A stretch of 64,000 nucleotides of DNA. Origin: Dudresnaya verticillata. Its lineage: Eukaryota. The stretch lies in the NCBI GenBank assembly GCA_977862235.1, contig OZ374566.1, forward strand, positions 992,001 through 1,056,000, in the 5' to 3' direction. Under the pieces are notes generated by a model, which was not told the DNA's origin, made no database searches, and saw only the letters and a list, made by a program, of their open reading frames with translations. Position 1 is the first letter of the stretch. Every line of letters begins with the position of its first letter. The translations under genes and the position numbers were made by a program. Below are positions 1 to 11,659 of this stretch, one piece after another.

Positions 1-3000
1 GGAACCACTTCGCAGCAGGCACATAGACATGACGGTTGCGCATTTAGCAGCTCTTGGTTAAAGTCTCCGGTCTTCATAGGAGCAACAGGGTAGTCTGAAG
101 CCTTTCACTGTTCTCGCTTTCATATTGGAAAGCTCAGGAGCGTTTCTATTGAAGAACCTTTCATCCCAACCTTTCTTACTTGCCAAGTTGGCCAAACCAG
201 CTTCGTCTAAAGCACGGTCAAAGTCGGAATGAGTATACCCGTGATACTACGACAGTAGGTTTGGCGCGAAAAGAATAACGCTTTCTCTCTTTTCGGAGAC
301 CTCGGGAGACGTTTGTACCTACGAAGGAGTTAAACCCACCAACTCCGCAACCTGAACTTCAAGAGTGTGTAGCGTCTCGAAGGCGTTGGAAGACACTTGA
401 TGTGTATAAAGTGTAGTTGTTTGACTCGCAGGATCGCGGGATTGTTCAAGTTAATCGCAGCGCCGTCGGTGAGCTCTGGAGGGAATCCGCAGCTGTTTTG
501 CACGCTTGCAATCGCCTGGGTGTAACTGTAGGTATCAAGAGACTTGCCCTATACTTAGAACGGAATAATCTTCAATGCCGCTGTTCTATTTGCGGGCTGC
601 ACACCACTCGCGACTACATTTGTTGTGTCTACGTGATGGCAAAAATGGACGAGATCGTGCTGCTGGTGACACAATCGCCTGTCAGTACCGCTGGACTGTA
701 CTGTACCTCCGTGTCGCGCGCACTCAGCCGCAGCGTTTAGCGAGTGAAGCAGTTTGCTCTTCAAACGGTTCCTTCGTGAAGTTTTCCGGCTGCACAAAAA
801 TAAAAGATACAAGTGGTGCCGACAGCAAGTGTAGCACAGTGCTTTCGCTCGCCATGTTACGTGTCTAGCCATTTTTTCTACGCATCAGAATTCTTTTTTG
901 TCTCGGGACTGCTCTCGCAGCAAATGCTGTCGTGTTTCGAGAGTGCACAGTGCCCGGCGCGCCGCGCGCTTTCTAAAGCTGGGAGTAGGTCGCCGGGAAT
1001 GTTTGCCTACGACCGTACCACAACCACAACCTTTGCGTAATCTTCGGGTAGGAACGGGCCGAAGCTGCAACAGAAGCCTTGCCCTGGTGTACTGGTGTAC
1101 TACTAGCTGTGGGTTGCAATTCAAGTTCATTGGTGAATGGCTGTGCATGCCTTTCCTTCCCGTTAAAAAGGGGAAAGAAGGACAGCACAAGCCTGGATGT
1201 TTCTGCATGAGCACCTTCTCCGCGACTTGAAAATTGCAAACAGGTATGAGGGCCAAGCTGCAGACGCAACTTGAGATTGATCCTCAGTACTTCTCACGCA
1301 ATCAAGCGAATACAACACAGTGAGACAGACACTGTCCTAATTCGAGCACGCTTCGAGCGTGTTGTGCGTTTGTTGTTGCTACATCACATCCGCTGAGAAA
1401 ATATTCCATAAACTGGTAGAGCCCCTCGTGTGGGACATAGTAGAGATATTAAAGGACGGTGTCAAATCGATTCACAATGCTGCAGTCATCTATAACACGC
1501 ATCTCGGATCATATTTGCAAAAGCGTTGAAAGTACAGTAAGTGTGTTTTTGCTTCTGGGTGGTATTGGACAGACTGATAAAGGTAGTGGCAGGGCCGAAT
1601 CTAAGTGTAGTCAACCGTCTTCCACACCCGCGTGGGTCCGATGAACCATTGATCTGTTGGATCATCAATAGTTATTATCCAAGTTTGATTTAAGTGTTTT
1701 GTGGCGAATAATGGTTGGAGAGATAACGTTTGTTCTAGACGCTGCAGATTAGCTGTTAAAAAGCTTGTTAACGACGAGTCACCTGACTTCAACAGCACAG
1801 AGAGCAGGCTGCCCTGAAAGGAGGGTAGGGGGGTTGCATAGGAATAGGCAAGGTTCTTGAATGCCATTTCTTGAAAGAAATATTAGTAGTAACTATTCCG
1901 GGCTTCACAGAAAGTTGCGGTTCCTAGTGGCTGGCATTGTTAAACACATCCCCGAGCTGTTTGTGAGTGCAGAGCGTGCGGTTCGTCATATTATGTTATG
2001 CAATTTGAATATTAAAAGGATGCTCTACAGCGTATTACGCGAGGTGCGATTACAGAGGCTAAATAAACTTTCGAGGGAGTTTACTTTAAAGAGGAAGATG
2101 GTGCTAGAGGTACTGTTCAGGGAGCTGTTGAAATATAATTCAAATGCCTGCGCTATTGCCGTAGTGGTCCAAGTCATTCCTATGAATCTATAATAGTTCT
2201 ACAAGAGATGGTCAGAAGATAAGCATGACAAAAGATGGCACAGTCTAAGTATGTGTGTGTATATCCCGTAGGTTTTCCAGTGTACAGTACATGTTACATG
2301 TTTACTGCGGCTTGGAATAGGAACGACATCTCTCCTGGTCGCGGGAGTGGACGTGCAGGACGCTACTTGTGCTGATGGATTGCTCCTTTCCTGTGTTTAG
2401 GCTTAAGGGACTGTCGGAGATTCGCTCGACACGTGGATCTATTGTAAGACGAACGGACATTAGTACAGTGTAGTTTCAAGACCGCCGTCCAACGCTGGGC
2501 ATTGTGAATTAAAGAGACGAGGCTGTGACTGTCGGGTACTGCTGCCTGTCTGTGAAGTGTGGTAATGCCCGAGGGTATTGTAGACTGGACTGTTCGTCTG
2601 CACCTGCACCTGGCCTTGGCGGTGCGAGGCTGTCACTGTCGCGCAGATAGTTTCTGGGGTTAGGGTGTGCAATCGAGGGTAGAGTTGCGGCCTTACTGTC
2701 TACAGCATCGGGCGTGCAGTTTTGGGGACAGTTTTGTGGAATGCAGGACTTCGCACGACAGAGATGGCTATGTGTGGGCGTGCGTGTAGCATAACTGGGG
2801 GAGAGTTGTAACGAGGTCTCGCAAGGTGTTTGAGCGGCTCACGACGCAAGTGAGCAGAGACGAGAATCGTGCCGGCGGAGAGAAGCGGAGGGAGGCTCGT
2901 GTTCCTCGTGTTGCAGATCAAGCAAAATAAAGCTATTCTGATTGGGCTCATACCTACTTCTTCCCCAAAATATCTCGAGACGGATGAGTCGCGCCCCGTG

Positions 3001-4051
3001 TCAGAGCGTTCCGCTCCGTGTCAGACTACATCGAGCAGACAACGAGCCCCAAAACAGACCCTTATACTCCGTCTACCTCACCTCTCCTGCCACCGGCATG
3101 AGACAACACACCGAACCTTTCAAAAAAGACACCACCTTTCCAGACAGACGTTCGCACGCTGACGAAACACCGCCCTCCGTGTCCGTCGACACCGCACAGG
3201 GTGATCCCGCGGCCCATGTCCTGCCGTTCCCGAACACCAACTGTCCCTAGTGTTGCACCCAGCATTTCCTGTCATCCAACGCAAATCCGCTTCTGGTCCG
3301 CACCGCAAGTGCTAGCGCGGCTCTGTGTGCGATGGAACACGGTGATCGTGCGCCGTATGCTGCTTCCGCAGTTATGCCGCACCGCAGGTGGTTTGACAGC
3401 ACCTAAGGCCCTGTCCAGCGAATCTGCAGCCATCGTCCGTACTCAGGCCTTGGTTTAACCTCACTCGCGTCCACGCTGAATAGCCAACGCGCTTTCTGTC
3501 CTCATTTTCAGCTCACACACTGATTGTTGCTCCTCGCTCAGCTGCACGCTGGCATGTTCAACTCCACACGCACGGAAACTACACAATAGTAGCAGGAGTG
3601 GGACATCCTCTGAATGCCCATGCCTAATTGATTCGGCACGCACCGCCCTGAGCCCTCGCAATTCCAGCCCTCACCCTTTGTCTTCTCGTTATCTGCATGC
3701 GCAAGCTGAATGCCGTAAGAAACACTGCGTAAAAGCATCCAGGCTCCTATCATACAATCAAACGGCTGGCCCTGGGGGCACGTCCCGTCCAGAAATTATA
3801 GCACAAAGGGCGGCTGCTCTTGTCACCTCACGGGGAAGCACATCTTTTGGCTACGAAGATACACCCCAATCATACTTCAATTTGCTCGACATTCGACGAA
3901 ATGCCACTCTGCCTATGAGCTGAACCGCTTATCTTACTTGGGATTTAGTCATGCTCGCAGCACCTGAGCTTCGATGAATCGCACCTCCCTTGACTTCGCC
4001 AAAGCCTTCCCTTCATCGCAGCCTCTCTGAAAGCCACTGCGGACTACTGCT

Positions 4052-5271
4052 ATGCTACACAAGCTCAACAACCAAATCCTTCACCCTAGAGATCTCACGA
4101 AGAGGGTCCCGGTACACATGGATCACAGAGGCCATGCTTCAAGATCATCGAAAAAAGCCTCTGGAAGAGCCCCTAGATCAGACGAAGCAGGAACAAAGCA
4201 TGACATTTCTTACCTTCTCAACGACTCAACCGGAGAGGACAGACATGACCAAATGCGCGACTCTACAGGATCGCATTCATCAAGGCCACATCGTCCCAAG
4301 CAGTCGACGCACGCGTCGTCTTCTAGCAGACCAAGGACAAACCACACCTCACCCAAGCACACGGGAGACATTAGGGACCGGCAGTATACCTGCTCAGTGT
4401 GCAACCAAGGATTTAGGAGCCGAGCTTTGTTAGATGAACAGTACGTTATTCACAGGCAAACCTTCGGCTCATAGCCTTAATGTTGTTTTCTCTGACCAGT
4501 TGCACATGTTCCTGAAACGAACGCAAACATGCTTTTTGGCTTTTAACTGCTTCGAAAACACCAATTGCAATCAACTCTGCAATATCTGATTTGTATAGCA
4601 GTTCTCGACAACACAAAACGCGATCATTCCAGTGTACGGAGTGTCAATCCTCCTTTAGTGAGAAGGGCAACCTGAAGTAAGTACCATCCCTCGTTTGAAA
4701 GTCTTACTAACACTTTTCGGCAGCTCAGTACGCGTCTAACGCTTTGTTGTCTGCGATGTATTGTTTGGTGCATGTAACTTCCAGTCGACATATAAGATCA
4801 GTACAGTTCGTATATATATCATAATGCTCCTGCCTGCTTCTGTTAGAGCTGAAAACTGCTGAGGATCTGACTGTCTATGGCTCTACTGGTTCCGTCGCGG
4901 ATGGCTTCCTTGGTCATGTATTTGTGCTTCTCGTAACGCACAAAGCAAAAAAGAGCGACCGTGGATATGCAGTCAGTGCGGTCTTACTTTCGCCTTCAGG
5001 GATACTTTGAAGTAAGAGCAGGCTCCTCTACTCCCGCCGATTGATCAATTGCTTCTGTACAGCTTCCACGTACAGTACTAACAACGTTTGATCCCAAACC
5101 TGTTGGCATTGCGCTCCCCATGAAAGTCGTCATGTTGCTGCTGTACACCATGATATACGGCCTTTCCCATGCCAAGACTGCCACGCCAAATTCAAGAAAA
5201 GGGCTCATCTTCAACGGCATGAGCAGACGTGTCATCAAAAGAACGCGATGGATGCAAGACAATCATCGTGA
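4052..5271 (+). CDS. C2H2 zinc-finger protein, 4 fingers, 232 aa; join(4052..4440,4599..4676,4785..4805,4946..5011,5127..5271)
   Basis: Splicing at GT..AG sites gives 699 nt in frame and rebuilds four fingers: YTCSVCNQGFRSRALLDEHSSRQH, FQCTECQSSFSEKGNLNRHIRSVH, WICSQCGLTFAFRDTLNRHVAAVH and FPCQDCHAKFKKRAHLQRHEQTCH, with KERP/DIRP-type linkers. Donors are gtacgt, gtaagt, gttcgt and gtaaga; a TACTAAC branch point lies near 5076. The start codon is less certain. Confidence 0.88.
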
Positions 5272-5584
5272 GCCCCTCGCCCGTTGCCAAGGTGCTGGTC
5301 GCATCCAACGGTATAGAGGTCGTTCCCAAACGGCATTCCAAACTTTAGCGCTGTTCGATGTAGGCTGCCGTGTTCGACTCCGTCCTCGGCCGCATCAACA
5401 GGAATATCTGTCTTCGAATATCTCACGACTGCCCCTGGCAATTACTGGCTAGTTCACGGCTGGCTGAGTCGGTTCCCACCGCGTGCTGGCTTACCGACCC
5501 AGAAATGCTTCGACTATCTCCAACATGACGTCACATCGCTAGATTAAAACCAGGCGCGTGCTTCTCAGAACACTCATTCTCGCT

Positions 5585-6550
5585 TCACGGCGTCGAATCA
5601 TGTAAAGCACTCCTTTGTGTATGCATGTATGCATGAGGAGGTATTTCAAAGGAAGATGTGGGAGGGTAGAGGGAGCGGGGTTGAGCCAGAGGGAACAGCA
5701 GTTGTCCAGGGTGTTGGGGTAATGGAGGTGGTGACGGGCTGGGATGACGATAGGGAATCCTATTCGTGTATCCCGACGTGCTCATCGGATTGTCCTGCCG
5801 CGCGCTCTCCACCTCTTTTGGTGACTGGCCCGGCGGCGGATTATACCAAGCTTCCGAGGCGTCATGCATACGACCCGCGGTAGTCGCAGAGATTTCCTTA
5901 ACCGCGATAAGAAGCTTCTTCTGCTCAAGAGTCATCGTTTCAACTACGTCCTTCAAATGAGGAGGAGGTTCAGGAAAATAGCAAGGTGATGAACCCTCCG
6001 ACTTGGCATAAAACGGCATTCGCGCGCTGCCCTGCACCGGTGCAGATGCGGGGGCTTGGGGCAGGGAAGGTCCAGGTGAAAGCGTGGAAGCCGCAGCGTG
6101 AGTCAAGGAAAGATTGCTTGGCAACCTTCTTTCGGAAGCGACGCTGGACCGCAAAGCGTCAACGTTGACATCGCATTTCCGCAACAGGTCCTCCGCAAAG
6201 CCCTTAACTGTCTTCGCGTCCTGTGGGATATACTTTTCGTCGCTCGTCATCGCATATAGACGCGGCATGGCCTTCTCGATTTCCTTTCGAATGGACGTGA
6301 CGCGTGGGTCTGCCAGAGGGGCGTCCTTGACTCTGTGCAGTTCTTCAAAATCGGAGATCAACTTCTTCATGTTCCTCACCATGGCAGTGTCGGACGCGAT
6401 GGAAGGACCACTCTCAACTGCGCTGCTTGGTGAAGGCTGTAGCGGGATGTCAGTGCTTGTACTGCTGATGGGAGACGGGGGAGCAGGCGGCCTCGGCGGA
6501 GAGCGGACTTGGCTCCTGGTCCTGCCGAGCCTCGTCCGCGTCAACGCCAT
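5585..6550 (-). CDS. Hypothetical Pro/Ser-rich protein (~321 aa) with a central helical-looking segment
   Basis: Long open ORF (5585..6565), with a likely start at MALTRTR (6550). No recognisable domain. Convergent with the zinc-finger gene. Confidence 0.65.
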   Translation of the reverse strand: MALTRTRLGRTRSQVRSPPRPPAPPSPISSTSTDIPLQPSPSSAVESGPSIASDTAMVRNMKKLISDFEELHRVKDAPLADPRVTSIRKEIEKAMPRLYAMTSDEKYIPQDAKTVKGFAEDLLRKCDVNVDALRSSVASERRLPSNLSLTHAAASTLSPGPSLPQAPASAPVQGSARMPFYAKSEGSSPCYFPEPPPHLKDVVETMTLEQKKLLIAVKEISATTAGRMHDASEAWYNPPPGQSPKEVESARQDNPMSTSGYTNRIPYRHPSPSPPPLPQHPGQLLFPLAQPRSLYPPTSSFEIPPHAYMHTQRSALHDSTP

Positions 6551-9103
6551 GGTCTGTTCCCACATGTTCGTTTTTTTGCTCGAAGCCCCAAAACGTGGGT
6601 TTGGCGCAACGATATCACTCGTTTTGGAAGCACACGAGCGAGACCTCCACGCCGCGAGAGGTGTTGCTGGTATTGCGCAAGGGCAGAGTGCAGCGTCGTC
6701 GTAGCGTGAGAGTTCGGAGAGATCTTCGTTTGCACTATCGTGACGGAAGCGACAAGTCCTCTACTTCACGCAGGAGGCATGTGGTGGGCCGTAGGAAGGG
6801 CGGGAGGGAAAGAAGCGAAGGTCAGTTGCTGGGGAAGGAAGTGACGGAGGGGGCTGGTTGTACAGTCGGGGAGCAAGAAACGTTGCACCAGCGAAAGTGA
6901 GCCGGAGCGTTTTGCGTCGGCCCCACGAGCGTTGCTGAGGTGCCCTTCAATTACAGTTGCAAAAGCACCCCAAGGTTGTTTTGATACAGGTTTGCAAGGT
7001 GCTCCTTTATTTTTGAAAATATTTTCAGAATATTGAGTTAAATATCTGTGCGCATTACAGAGCTTTCCGATCCTCTCGGTCACCATTAGAATCTTCATCT
7101 TCAAGATCATATCTCCTGGAGGTGATGAAGATCATGGAGGCTCCAGGGGATTTCAGTTGTTCATTGTGGGCGCTCACAGACGCGGAATTCCATGAATGCG
7201 ATCAAGACAAAGACAAAGGCAATGCGCCTGCCTTTTAGAACATCTGTCTGCCCGATACCTGATCGAGGTACAGTGTGAGTACCCTGGCGTATCGTGCACA
7301 GCTGTCAGCGCATGAGTTGCATGTTTTGCTATTCCAGCCCCAAGAACGGACAAGGCTGGACAGGCAAGGGCATCTGTTTCTGGGAAAGCCTCATATGTTA
7401 CGTTCCCGGGATTCATCGGATAGCACACTACTGAAGTCGGAACGTTCCTGTACTGATCCGAACTTCCGCCGATCAGGGAAGCCTATAATTCCTTACGACA
7501 CTCTCGCAGCGATGCTTTAAGCCTCTTGGGCAGTCTGGACAAGCCCTCTTAGATCAGATAGCGTTCGTGATGGGTACTGCCTGCAAAACACTCTTGCCAA
7601 GGATATGGGACTTTTCAGCTTTGATGACTATCAGCCCACAGCCGCCTCCGCGAAAGCTCTTCTTACGCCTCTTTCTCTTTTCGGTCCTTAGAAGATCTTA
7701 CGCATGGAAACCTTGGCAGCCAAATGAGAAGCTGGCACGCGGCACATGCAATCGTTTTCGCCCAAAACAATCCTTTCCCGTCGAAACGCAAACACTTCTC
7801 CTCGTGACCAGTGTGCCCGCAATCGCAGGCTGCGCATAAAGTCTGATGGTTTCCGCTGCGGGCTATTCGTGGTATTTTTGATGTGCAGGTCTACTTCAGT
7901 GAGCCACGAGAGCGGACCATACTGGGTTTTCAAACTTCTGATACGAGCAAAACGTCGTCAGGCAAGTTCAAAAACGTCTGAGAAAACAAGGTATCAAGAC
8001 TGGGCACTGCGCCCCGTCTGCATTCTGCATTTTTCTATCGTACGTACGTCGTCGTATGCTGAAAGATAAGAAAAGGACGACATGTTTACAACCCGCAAAT
8101 TCCCAGTTTGGACCGTTATACCTTCCTAGCCTCGAGAGCATAGACGAACTATTTTGCGAAGCAGCTCGTTCCACGCTCACGAGTTGTTAATCTATCAAGG
8201 CAGAGCAGACGGTAGGTTTCATTTATAACGTAGAGCTCTACCACCAAACGGTTGTTGAACCGGTGTTCTGGTCCGACAGATTTTTTAGGGCTCTCAACAC
8301 AGGCACCCTCTCTGGCAGTCCTTCGTCCACCAGTGGGTACCTTTTCCTTCAGTTCTTCAGATATCAGCATCGGCTTTTCGTTTTGTATATCAACTCAATT
8401 CAGGACCCATGCTGCAATGAGATGGCACGACATTATTGTCCCACATATACAGCAGCACAGTAAGTATAATGTTGTACATTCAAATGCAATTCAGGTAGGC
8501 AGTAGGCAGCATTTATGAAACAATTCCCCATTCTGTAGGCAAGGAGATGCAGAATGAGTTTGAGTTCTGCTGTTCAACCGCTGCGAGTCTTCCTTTTGAA
8601 GAGAATGTTCGTCGTGGGAACAGCCATCTGTGTGGTAGTGTTGTTGAGCCTGGGCCTGTACCAATTTCGTTGTCCCGTTGGATATCGGGGGCCTAGTTCC
8701 AAAAATCACTGAAAGTGTGAACTGCACGAATTGCAGGGCACAGGACACTCCTGTGGGCACGAGCAACGGAAATAATAAGCAGCAGCTGTGAACATTTCAG
8801 AAATCACGCGAAGCTAGGCTTCCCAGCTTGTCTCCTGCTCTACGCGGCGAATATCTTTAAAATAACAGCCACCAGCCACCTGAAGAAACCGGCCCAAAGA
8901 CGGGCCCATCACCTCCCGCCACGTGCGACTGAATACAGTAATTAAAAGTTTTTGTATGGAACAAGGCACCACCTTTGCATCGTTGTGGAATTATGACCCT
9001 TGTGGCTCACCTTTTTGTATCCGCTCTGATTTGGCACAGATCCCCATCGAGTTGCTGCTCACCTTTAGACGCAAAACGTAGAAATTCTCTACATTCTGAA
9101 AGG

Positions 9104-9246
9104 CAACAAACGCCACCATTGCACAACAAACGCCACCATGGTGAGGGGAGCAACACGGTGGCGCTTGTTGCCTCCATGGTGTAAGAGGGATTTTTTTCTA
9201 CCCCCTTTGGACCCCAGGCGACCCGGGGTCGCCTCTTTAGGTAGTG
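9104..9246. mobile_element. Putative terminus of a CACTA/EnSpm-like DNA transposon (single end)
   Basis: 16-nt motif CAACAAACGCCACCAT occurs twice in direct orientation (9104-9119, 9124-9139) and once inverted at 14/16 identity (9155-9170). A perfect palindrome lies at 9216-9234, and the segment ends in TAGTG (reverse complement of CACTA) at 9242-9246. No matching second end or TSD was found. Confidence 0.4.
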
Positions 9247-10084
9247 TTTTTTTCTATTGCTATATGGAACAGTTCTCCAAGAGTTTTGTGGGAAAGAGAA
9301 AGATCATGTGACGCACCGTAGTCCACCCACAGGACGCAATTTCGTCACCTGGTACAAGTTGTATGGCAGGAGCAGGAGAACCAACGACTGAGCAACATTC
9401 TAGATATTTTAGCTAGTGAACAAGTTGATACGTGCAGTGAAACAGCCATGAAGAAGCGTTCCGCACACGACTTACAAAGATAGTTTTTTATGGCAGTGTT
9501 GATACCCACTGCGACACGCACGACGCCTATTGTTTTACTCAGAGAGATAGAATGGGGCTTGCCCTCCAATGCCAAGCTTTCTTTTTTTCAGACCAAAGAT
9601 GAAAAGGTGAGCAGGTACATCTTCGCGAACGGACCGGCAATACACATAAGCCGTACTCTTGGATTTAGAGCAGATGATTCCACTACGCCGGGGTCGTTTT
9701 CGTGACCTCAGATGTACGAGCTGAATGTGCCACTCGACCTGCACCTCCGAGAAAAGGAGTTATTCCAGGCCTGACTGTGAAGTAGTGGTGGCTCTTGCCA
9801 TAAAATGCGGAGCAAGTCGCTACAAACGCAGCACTTTTTCGTGTTCAAACTGAGATGTGCATGCAGGCCTGGGTGTAAAGCAGCCAACAGGCTAAACATA
9901 CTAACAATATCAGGTCACCGTTTTTGGTTCACATGTTGTGGAGACGCACTCATCTGCTGCGACTGCAGAGACGGGAGTGCGCCTGGACACCGTTCGCACC
10001 GCAGCGATGCATTCACGCGTCTCTGTCTACCCATGGCTGTATCTCAAACCACCCTCACAGAGAAGCCCCCGAAGGGTACTGCTA

Positions 10085-10088
<4 letters not shown>

Positions 10089-10134
<46 letters not shown>
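10089..10134. repeat. (CA)23 microsatellite
   Basis: Perfect dinucleotide run seen directly. Confidence 0.98.
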
Positions 10135-10135
<1 letters not shown>

Positions 10136-11582
10136 CACTGTCAACACTCGCAGGGTATTGTAAAATCTTCAAATTCAATGGCTCTACGTAAAAGAACAGA
10201 CCTCGACTACCCACATCGACAAAACGGCTGTTTCTGACAGTGAAAGAGTTACGCTGAGCAGAGTGGCTTGGAAAGGTGACCAAGCCTGGAAAATTACCGG
10301 TGGGAAGGAATGATTTGACTTCTTCCAAGGTTCCTAATGAGGAGTTGCGTTGAAAAGGCTGCGGTATGAAGGACAACCTTCGACAAACACAAATGATTGC
10401 GTCATGCGTGCCGACACACAATTGGCAAACACCCCCGACTTATATATACGACGACCGTAGGTCCTGTTCACGACCGTGTCCGTCCCTTGGACAAAAATCC
10501 ACTCTACCCAGCCCTATGCAGATCAAAACGTTGCTGGTAGACAACGCTCGCTATAAGCAAAAAGTTTGGGCCGCTCAAAGAGCCATCCTATGGTTACATG
10601 CGCCTCCAGCAAATCGTTTGTGCTTGTTGCTGAACTCCCACAGCCCACCTACTCCTGCGGGATCTCGTGTCACCAGCTTGTCTGGGTGTCACCGGAGAGC
10701 TTTGGCGGTAGATTGGCATGCAAAGTTTGGGGCAGGATTCGTGGATCCCAGAAGCGTTTCCAAGCGTGCGCCGGTTCATCCAGAGAAAGAGTACGCTTAT
10801 TGAAGAGGTTGAGCATAAAAATGGATTTTGACAGACTGTAACTGCATCTCACCCGCCTTCCACGCTTGGGTTCTTTCCGTCGGGACTTCTCCTCGTGTGC
10901 ATAAAACCTGGCTGTCAGTATGGTAACACATGCAGCATTGTGAATGCAATGCCCCACCTTCCGGTCAACGTTATTTTGGCGTGCTGCAATGTTGGGCAAG
11001 TTGAACAGGGTTCCTAAGAATGGGAACAGACGCCGCAGGCGCAAATGGTTGGGGGCGGAGTAAGATAGTCCGTTCGGGCGGGGCGGTCGTTCGGTCGAGA
11101 GGCATGCTCGAGCGAAGATTGACTTCGGAAGCATGCCAAAAATATTTTAGGCTTTTTAGCTTCGTCACTTTGATAAGACAAAGTTTAAAAGCGCTCTTCG
11201 TTCGGGACTTGCTGTGGTAAGCTGACGGTAAGCGTGGGGCAGCAGACGATTCGTGCCACCCCGTCATCAACAATCCACGCCCAATCCGTCAGAATAGTGA
11301 ATTTATTTAAAGACTGGGCAGTGTCCAAGCAGTATTGTACCGACCCTACATCCCACTTTGAAGTGGCAAGGGCCTCCGTCTGACCAACCTTCTAACGAAT
11401 AGGAAGCGACGAGCGCGAAATCATACGAGCAAGGTAACCCACCTAGCACCCAACCCAAACCCACCATTGGCCAACAACCAGAGACGGAACGAACACCCGC
11501 GCACAGGGAAGTCCTTTGGATTGATGATACGATTCCAGGCGTCTGCGGGTCGGGGCTTTTTCAACCTCGTCCTGAGGACGGT

Positions 11583-11659
11583 TGGGTGTCCCGGCCGGGG
11601 TTCGAACCAGCGACCACTGGCTTCCGTAGACGCGGCACAAGCCACTAGGCCACAGAGTG
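11583..11659 (-). pseudogene. Degenerate tRNA-Arg(ACG)-like sequence (tRNA pseudogene or SINE head)
   Basis: Minus strand has an A box (TGGCCTAGTGG), an anticodon loop CTACGGA and a B box (GGTTCGAACC) at tRNA spacing, then an encoded CCA. Acceptor and anticodon stems pair poorly. Confidence 0.65.

Noticed and set aside
7174..8766. Transposase remnants in short minus-strand ORFs
   Set aside because: Only a vague resemblance; no DDE, RT or other diagnostic motif could be identified by eye.
9216..9246. Helitron 3' end
   Set aside because: A hairpin is present but is not followed by CTRR; the TAGTG end plus subterminal repeats fit CACTA better.
11583..11659. Functional tRNA-Arg gene
   Set aside because: Acceptor and anticodon stems are largely unpaired, the T-loop has an extra base, and no oligo-T terminator follows.
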